Origin: Polyangiaceae bacterium
Lineage (GTDB): Bacteria > Myxococcota_A > Polyangia > Polyangiales > Polyangiaceae
Reading direction: 5' to 3'
DNA: 64,000 bases
NCBI GenBank assembly: GCA_044376115.1
Contig: JBILLK010000033.1
Location: forward strand, 32,001-96,000
A model generated the notes under the pieces. That model did no database searches. It saw only the letters and a program-made list of their open reading frames with translations, and was not told the origin of the DNA. Position numbers and translations under genes: made by a program. Positions 39,420-48,400 of the stretch are shown here, piece after piece. How positions within the stretch are numbered: the stretch's first letter is position 1; each line of letters starts with the position of its first letter.

Positions 39420-42400
39420 ATGGAACTTTCAGCGCGACTGAGTCTCCTCGAATCAGTTCATGATTGGCAATCGTTGTTGGAAGAGCTCGAGAGAGCTATC
39501 GCCAACACCTCCGATGCAGAAGCGAAGGCTGGGCTTCATTTGCAGATCGGCCGGGTACTTGACGAACGCTTCCTCCAAGGAGTGAAGGCGCTCAAGCACT
39601 TTCAGGACGCCTTCAAACTGAATCCAGCGCTCTTGGAGGCGTTGGAGCGGGCTCGGGGCATCTATTGGGAGCTTGGCAAAACCGCGATGGTCCAGAAGCT
39701 TCTGGATATCGAACTGCGGTCTGCCCAAGGCGCTGAAGCTGTGCCTCTGCTGCTCGAGCAGGCAGATGTCCTGTGCGATGGTGGCGATTACGAGCGTGCT
39801 GCTGCCACGTATGCCAAAGCGTTGGGTGCATCCGAAGGCACCAGCGACGACGCCAGGGCGGGGCTTGAAGACACTCAGCTAGGGGAAGAGTCCTGGCAGG
39901 CGTTTGTTGCGACGCTTGTTCAAGAGGCTGAGGAGCAGACGGGGAGTGCAGCAAGCCGAAGTTTCCTTCGCGCTGCGCGGATCGCGAGGAGGTTTGGTGC
40001 ATCTTCCGCTGAGGAACTGTTTGCGCGCGCGTACGATTCTTCACCGCTCGAACGTCAGGTAGCTGCCGTCTACGAGGGCTTGTTGGTCGCTTCTGAACGA
40101 GGCGCAGATTTGGTTGAGCTGCAGCGTGAATTCCTCGAGCGGCAAAGCGCGAAGGCGCGCGCGGTTGCTAGCTTCCGGTTTGGTTCACGTTGGGCGACCC
40201 GACATCAACAACTGGAGACGGCTGCAACGTTTTTCGAGGAGTCTCTCTCACTCGACCCGACGAAAGATTCGGCTCTCCACTTCCTCAAGGAGCTTTACGG
40301 CGTTCGCGACGGCAATTGGGATCAGGCGCTCGGCCTCATCGAGAAGGCAGCGAATTCGACTGCTCCTTCTGCGTTTGCGTTGGCGACTGCTGGGCTAACT
40401 GCCTGGAAACAGCAGGGAAATCTGCTGCGCGCGCGGGTGTGGTTCGAGAAGCTTGCTCAGCTAACCCCAGATCATCCGGCCATTCCCTTGTTCGAACTGC
40501 AGATTGGCGAGTCTGTTCGTGGAGTGCCAACGACTGAAGCCGACGAAGTTGATCTCAACGTCGGTGAACTCCAGTCCTCTGAGGACATGGCGGCCTCGAT
40601 TGAGGAAACGTCGGTTGTTGCACCGGAAGAACTCGCAGAGGCAATTGAGCCCGCTGCTGAGGCTGATGTCGTCGAGGCTCCCGTCGACGTACCCTCAGAC
40701 GTTGCGGATGAGGTGCTTGCTGATGACGCAGCTCCGACCGCTGGCATGGAAGCCGAGCCGCCGGTCGAGCCTGAGGTCACTGCTCCGACCGCGTCAGAGC
40801 AGGCTGCTCCCGTAACTCCATCTGTCGCCGCTGCAGTCGAGCCAGTAGTTGCTCCGGCGCCCCGAAGTCCTGAGAAAACCGCGCAAGCTTCCGACCCTGC
40901 CAAGGTTCAGGAGCTGAGACAAAAGCTCGAGAAGCTGCAGGCTGCCAAGCGCATGACGGAGTACGTCAAGACGCTGGTTGAACTTGCCGACTGCCTCGAC
41001 GATCCGAACGAGAAAGTAGCTGCGTACCTCGAAGCTGCGGAACTCTACACCACCAAGTTCCCGAACGCTGCCGAGGCAGTCAAATGCTTCGAGGCCGTGC
41101 TTGCGATTGACGAAAACAACGAGCTCGCGATTGAACACCTGCGGGCAACGTACGAGAAACGCAAGGATTGGGAGAAGCTCATCCGCCTCATGCGCCGAGA
41201 GGCAAGCGTGCTCGAGGTTGGGTTCGACCGGAGCGCGAAGTTTGCGGAGATCGCTCGGCTCGCGACTGAGCGAGTAAAGAAGCCAGACGTTTGCATCGAG
41301 CTGTGGGAGGAGGTCCTCGCCGGGGATCCTGACAACGTCGAAGCGTTGAACTCCTTACCCGGTCTTTATGAGCGCAACAAGGAGTACGGGAAGCTCGCGG
41401 ACGTGCTTGAGCGCCAGGTGGAGATTACCTCCGATGCTCAAACGCAGGAGGCAACCTACAAGAAACTTGGTCAGCTCTACGGCGAGCGCCTTGGCGATGA
41501 CGCCAAGGCTGTCGAGGCGTGGCGCAAACTCCTTGCACTCAACCCCAATGACCGTTCGGCCCAAGAGGCGCTGAAGAAGAAGTACCTTGCGCTTGGGATG
41601 TGGGATGACCTCGAGGTCTTCTACGCCGACAGCGGAAAGTGGGACGAGTTCATTCGTCTACTCGAAGCGCAAGAAGCAAAAGAAACAGAAGATGCCGCGA
41701 AGATTGGTCTTCTGGTCAAGACGGCCCAACTTTGGGTTACGCAAAAAGGCAAACTCGACCGAGCAGCCCGTGCGTATGAGAAGGTTCTCTCGCTAGACCC
41801 GAAGCATCTTGGTGCCGCTGAAGCGCTGATCCCGATTTACCAGCAAGCCAACAATGCGAAGGGTCTTGCGTCGGCGATTGAAGTGAAGCTCAGCCACGAC
41901 GTCGATGGCGAAGAGAAGCTCCTCCTGTTGCGTGAGGTTGCGGGGCTTTACGAGGGCAAGCTCAAAGAGCCCGAGCGGGCATTTGAACGGTACCTTGCTG
42001 CGTTTGAGTCCGCACCGACTGACGAGCGCTGTGTTGAAGACGTAGAACGAGCCGCTGGAGTAACCAAGAGCTGGGAGGCTTTGGTCGGCGCGTATCATCG
42101 CGCGATCGAGCGAGCTTCTGAGGACGCCGAGAGGATCGGGTTGCGGCTCCGTTTGGGCCGGGTTCTCACAGAGGAGACCGGGGAAGTCGAGAAGGCCCTT
42201 GAGCAATTCCGCGCCGTACACGAAGCGGACCCTGAGAACACAGACGCGATCTCGGCGCTGGAGCGACTGTACCGCCAGACCTTGAACCACGCTGAGTTGC
42301 TTGGCATTTACGAAAAGAAACGTGATCTCGCCAGCGAGCCCGAGGCGCGACACTCGATTCTCGCCAGCATCGCGCAGCTTCACGTTTCGGAACTCAAGAA

Positions 42401-45400
42401 TCCCCGCGCGGGTATCGACACCTATCGGCAGCTACTAGAAGAGAATCCGCAAGATCCTATCGCGCTGGCTGCGCTCGACGGTCTCTACAAGGACCTCGAA
42501 GATTGGGAGAACTACGCGGAGGTACTCCGAGCGCGACTTGAGTTGGACAACACTGAAGAGCAGATTGTCGACCTTAAGTATCGGTTGGGATCCGCGCTTG
42601 AGAAGCACCTGGGCGACCCTGCTGGGGCGCTTGCGAACTACCGGGAGATCCTGTTTGTCGATCCGGCCAATGAGCCGGCGCGGGCCGCGCTTGAGACGTT
42701 GCTTGAGCATCCTGAGCTGCGCGCAGAGACGGCCAGCATTCTTCAGGAGATCTACGAGAGCCGTGGCGATTGGGCGAAGCTGATTGGTTCATTGGAGATT
42801 CTCGCAGCCGCGGAAGAAGACCAGGGCCGAAGGGTTGGCCTACTTCGGAAAGTGGCGCGAGTCGCGGCGCAGAATCTTCAGGATCTGCCAGCCGCTATCG
42901 AAGCCCAGGCGAGGGCTCTTCGAGCCGATCCCAGTGATGGCGACACGCTTGCGGAACTTGAGCAGTTTGCGGAGCAAGCTACAGCTTGGGACGACCTCGA
43001 ACGAATCCTTTCCGAGGTCGCGGAGGGCCTTGCAGACCCGGCGCTCGCGCGTGCGTACTGGATGCGACTCGCGTCCATTGATGAACGGCTCAACAAGGTG
43101 GACGTCGCAGCAGAGCGCTACCTTAGGGTTCTCACGATTGACGCAGCAGATGGCGAAGCGCTCGCTGCCATGGATGCGCTCTATCGAAGAACGGAGCGAT
43201 GGGAGGATTTGATCGGCGTGTATCGACGCCGCATTGATCTCGCTGAGGCGCCCCAGGATCGCGAGGGTCTCTACTCTCAGATGGCGTCGGTCTACGAAGA
43301 CAAGCTCGGCCGCCCAGAGGACGCTATTGCAGCGTATCGCGGAGTCCTTGAGCTCGAGCCCACGAGCGTCGTTGCATTGACCGCACTCGACGGGCTCTAC
43401 ACGCGGCAGGGCCGTTGGGTCGATTTGGCGGAAAATTTGGAGGCTCACCTTCAGCTCGCCGAATCCGACGAAGAGCAAACTCGGCTCATGCTTCGGCTCG
43501 GAGATCTCAGGGAGACCCGAATGGGTCAGGTTGAAACCTCGATTGATATCTACCGCGAGGTGCTTGAGCGAGATCCGGCGAATGAAGCCGCCCTTGGGGC
43601 GCTCGAACGACTCGGTCAAAGTCCGGACCATGAACTTCCGATCTCCGAAATCCTGGAGCCGCTTTACCGGCAATCTGGAGATTGGCAGCGACTGATTGGC
43701 GTCTACGAAGTTCAGGTTAGGCGTAGCGAAGACCCAACGCGCAGAGTCGAGTTACTGCACCAAATTGCCTCGTTGTACGAGGACTCGGGCAATCTGGCGG
43801 ACCAGGCATTCCAATCGCTTTCGCGCGCCCTTGCTGAAGACCCCACCTCCGAGGACACCAAGGGGAGCCTTGAGCGCATCGCCCGTGCGGAGGGGTGGTA
43901 TGCCGAGCTAGCGAAAGTCTTTGAGGACCGAGCTGCATCGGCCCTCGTCGGGGGCGATCCCAACGCGGCCGATGAGGCCACTGCCATCGGCGATCCCGCC
44001 GTTGCGGTGGACCTCTTCACGATGGCGGCGCGCATCTATGAGAATGACCTCGCGGCCGCCGAGCCGGCCGTACTTCACTATCGTAAAGTCCTAGAGATCG
44101 ACCCAGCGAACCTCGCAGCCGCTGAGTCGCTTGAGCGCATGTTCCGGGGGGGCGAGCAATACCCCGAACTCAGCGCGGTTCTTCAGCACAAGGCTGAGAT
44201 TCTGGAAAGCATGTCCGACAAGAAGGGGGCGCTATTCCAGGCTGCCTCAATCGAGGAGGACGTGCTGGATCGTCCGGATGCTGCGGTCGTCTGTTACCGG
44301 AAAATCCTCGAGTTGGATGCTGAGGATGTTCGGGCCGTCGACGCGCTCATCAAGGTCCATTCGGCACGTGGCGAGTGGGCGAGCCTCTTGGCCGCGTATG
44401 TGCAAAAGGCCGACCTTGTGAATGACCCAGGGGAGAAGAAGAGCATCTTCTACCAAATCGGCGCGGTGCACGAGCGAGAGCTCAAGGATGTTCCGCAAGC
44501 GATTGACACGTACAATCGAATTCTCGAGATCGATCCCGCAGATCTAGCCGCGCTCGCTCGCCTCGACGCTCTTTACCAATCTTCTGAGAATTGGGCGGAG
44601 CTACTGACCGTTCTGCAAAATCAGAGCGAGCTGGCGGCGGATGCTGAAGAGAGCATTCGCTATCAATATCGAATTGCGGAACTCTACGAGAAGCGCCTCG
44701 CCGATGCCCCGCGGGCGATTGAGCTCTATCGAGAGCTCCTCTCGCAGATGCCGGATCATGAGCCGACACTGACCGCGCTCGAGGGCATCAAGGACTCCGG
44801 GAAGGACGCTCATGCTGCCGCGTTGGTTCTCGAGCCTGTCTATGACGCGGCTGGTGACTGGGCACGACTTGTGAGTGTGCTCGAGGTTCAGGTGAAGCAC
44901 ACCGAGGACGTGTTCGGTCAGGTTGACCTGTTGCACCGCATTGCTCGCCTCGACGAGGAGATGATTGGTGACCACCGTGCAGCGTTTGAGGTCTATGCAC
45001 GCGCTGTCGCCCTCGACGTGACGAACGAGGAGTCGCTTGCGTCGTTTGAACGCTTGGCGATGGCGGTCGGTAGCTGGCCGCAGGTTGCTCAACTCTATGA
45101 CGCTGAGCTTTCGCGGCTGAAGTCCGAGCAACCGGAGCGCTTCGTGGATCTCGCTCTGCGGCTTGCGCAGATCTTCGAGACTCAATTGGAAGATGTCGAC
45201 AATGCTATCGGCCGATATCGGGCGGTCGTTGAGGTTGACTCTGAGAATTGGACTGCGATTACGTCGCTTGACCGTCTGCTCGTGATGGTGGAGCGCTGGC
45301 GCGAACTTGTTCCGGTGCTTGCACGCGAGGCCGAGATCGGTCCGACCCCCGACGACATTCTGAACTTTAAGTTCCGACTCGGTCAGGTTCACGAAACGCG

Positions 45401-48400
45401 CCTTGCGGACGTCCCGGCTGCCATTCAGGCCTACCGAGAGGTCATCGCCGCCGCACCCGAGCACGCACCGACGCTTGAGGCTCTTGAGGGGCTATTCGCT
45501 CAAGGGGTCCACCAACTTGAGATCGGCGAGGTCCTTGAGCCGCTTTACCAATCGACCGGCGATTGGGACAAGCTGACGGCCGTCTTCGAGGCGGAGCTTG
45601 GTCAGAAGACCGGCAGGGAAGAGCGTCTTGCTACGTACTTCCGTATTGCCGAGCTGCATGAGGAACGTTTGATTTCGCTCGACGGCGCATTGGCGGTCTA
45701 CATCCGCTCACTCAAGGAGTTCCCTTCTGATGAGAAGACTCTCGATGAATGTGAGCGGCTCGGGGCTGCTTCTGACGGCGGCTGGGAGGCGTTAGCGAAC
45801 GCTTACGCCGACGTGCTTGAGCTGCACGAGGACAAGCCCGTTCAAGCTGCGATTGGCAAGCGACTCGCGCGCCTTTTCGAGGAGGAACTTGGAGACATCT
45901 CCAACGCGGAGAAGACGTATCGCTACGTGCTTGGGATCGACCCGGCAGATGTCCCTGCGCTCACCGAGCTAGACCGCATCTATACGTCTCTTGAGCAGTG
46001 GCCGGAGCTGGCTCAAGTGATTGAGCAACGAATCCCTGCCACCACCGATCCAATGGAACTCACCGAGCTCCACCTCCGGGTCGGCGAGGTGTACGAGGAG
46101 CGTCTTCAAGACGAGTCAGGTGTCGGACAGCTCGATGACGCGACCCGCGTGTTCCGCCGCGTGTTCGACGAGTTGGACCCAGCGAATGAGAACGCCATCA
46201 ATGCGTTGGAGCGCATCTACAGCCAGCGCGAGCAGTGGCCTGAACTCAAGATGGTGCTCGACCGGCAGCTCGAGCACGCGAGTGGAGACTCTGCTGAAGC
46301 GGATATTCGCGCCAAGCTTGCCAACGTTTTGGCCGACAAGCTCAATGAGCCGGCCAAAGCGACCGATGCTTGGAAACGCGTGCTCGACCTTCGCGGAGAC
46401 GACCCCGAGGCGCTTCACGGATTGGCCAATCTCCACGAGCGGTTGGGCGAGTGGTCAGAGCTCACAGAAGTGCTTGGTCGCCATTTCGACATCGCAGAGG
46501 ACGACGCCGATCGAGTGTCCGTGCTCTTGCGCCGTGCTCGGCTATTCGAGGGCCAGCTTTCGCGGGATGACGAAGCTCTCGACGACTACCACCGGGTGCT
46601 CGACATCGAAGGCGACAACCTCGATGCGCTGTATGCGATTGCTGCCATCTGGCGGCGTCGCAATGACCCTGCGCAGCTCGTGGAGACGCTCGATCTCACG
46701 ATCCTTCGCGCAACCGAGAAGCTTCCGCCTGAGCACCAAATTGCGCTCTTCCGCGAGCTCGCTCTAACCCATCAGAACGTTCTCGGTCAGTCGTACGAAG
46801 CGGTAGACGCGTGGCGTCGACTGCTGGCCGTTGACCCCCGCGACTTTGAGGCGATGTCCAACCTTGAGAACCTCCTTCGCGCCGAAGACCGGTGGGAAGA
46901 GGTGATCGAGGTGAAGATGGGGCGAGCAAAGGCTTTGCCCACACCCGAAGAGCAAATTCGCGAGTACCTCGAGGTCGCAGCTTTGTGGGAAGGGGCTGTT
47001 CAGAAAGCCGACGCCGCAACTCCCGCCTACGAAGCCGTTTTGGCCCTCGACCCGGCCCACGACCAGGCCTTCAAAGCGCTTGAGAAGCTCCACGCAGCTG
47101 CTCGTCGCGACGAGGCGTTAATCGAGCTGTTCCTCGCTCGCCTCGACACTCGTGACGAGACGCATGAGAAGACCGAACTCTTGCGTAAGGTTGCCAAGGT
47201 CTTCGACGAAGGTCTTGAAGACAAGCCTCAAGCGTTCGACGCACTGTTGACCGCGTTTGAGATGGACGTTGACGACAACGAGACCACCAAGGCGCTCGAG
47301 AAGGTCACTCAGTCAACCAACAAGTGGCCTGAGCTCGTCCAGCAGGTCAACCAGTGGTTGACCGGCGAGCAGGTGCCCTCGCGAAAGATCACCCTCTGTC
47401 TACGGTTGGCCAAGTGGTACGAGGATCTCAATCGTCCGGAGTACGCACAGCCCTACTACGCGCAGGTTCACAAGCTGGACCCCAACAACGTCGCCGTGCT
47501 GCGGCAGATGGCTAACTTCCTGAAGCGGTCAGGCAACTTCCAGCAACAGGGGCAGATGTTGCAGCAGGCCCTGGCGAACGCAGTGTCTGACACGGACCGC
47601 AAGGAGATCCTGACCGAGATGGGTGAGGTGCTCCACCTCAAGATGAACGAGACCGAGCAAGGGTTGTCCTTCTATCGGCGTGCGCTTGAGGTTGACCCGC
47701 ACTACGTGCCCGCTTTGGAGCAACTCGAGAAGCATGCGGTTGAGCGCGGCAACAACGCAGAACTCGTAGATATCTTAAGCGCAAAAGCAAAGGGGCTTGC
47801 TGAACCCGACCAAGTTGCGGCGACCAAGCTACGTGTCGGCGGGATTTATGAGAGCACGCTCGGGCACCCGGACAAGGCCGCTCAAGCTTATCGCGAGGTC
47901 CTCGACGCGGACGCCAGCAACGTTCTCGCAATGCGCGGACTAGAGCGCGTGCATCAACAGATGCAGCAGTGGCCCGAGCTCGTCTCGGTCCTTGAGATGC
48001 AGTTGGATGTCGTCGCAACGGAACGCGAACGCATTGAGGTCCTCATGAAGATCGCAAAGATCCAGGAGGAGCTCTTCGTCAAGCCCGATGCTGCGGCGCT
48101 TCGTCTTGAGCAGGTTGTTGAAATCGACCCCAACTTCGAGCCGGCATTGGAAGGACTAGCTCGTTGCTACCGTCAGCGGCGACAGTGGCTCGACCTCAAC
48201 AACACCTACGACCGCCACGTCAATGCGACGAGCGACCGCCTCAAGAAGGTGGAGTTGTGGAGCGCGCAGGCGATCGTCTACTCCGATGAACTCGAGGACA
48301 TTGACCGCGCGATCGACAGCTACAACAACATCGTCGAGCTGGACCCGCAGCACATACCGGCGCTCGACGCGCTCGCGAAGCTCTACGAGAAGCAGGGCGA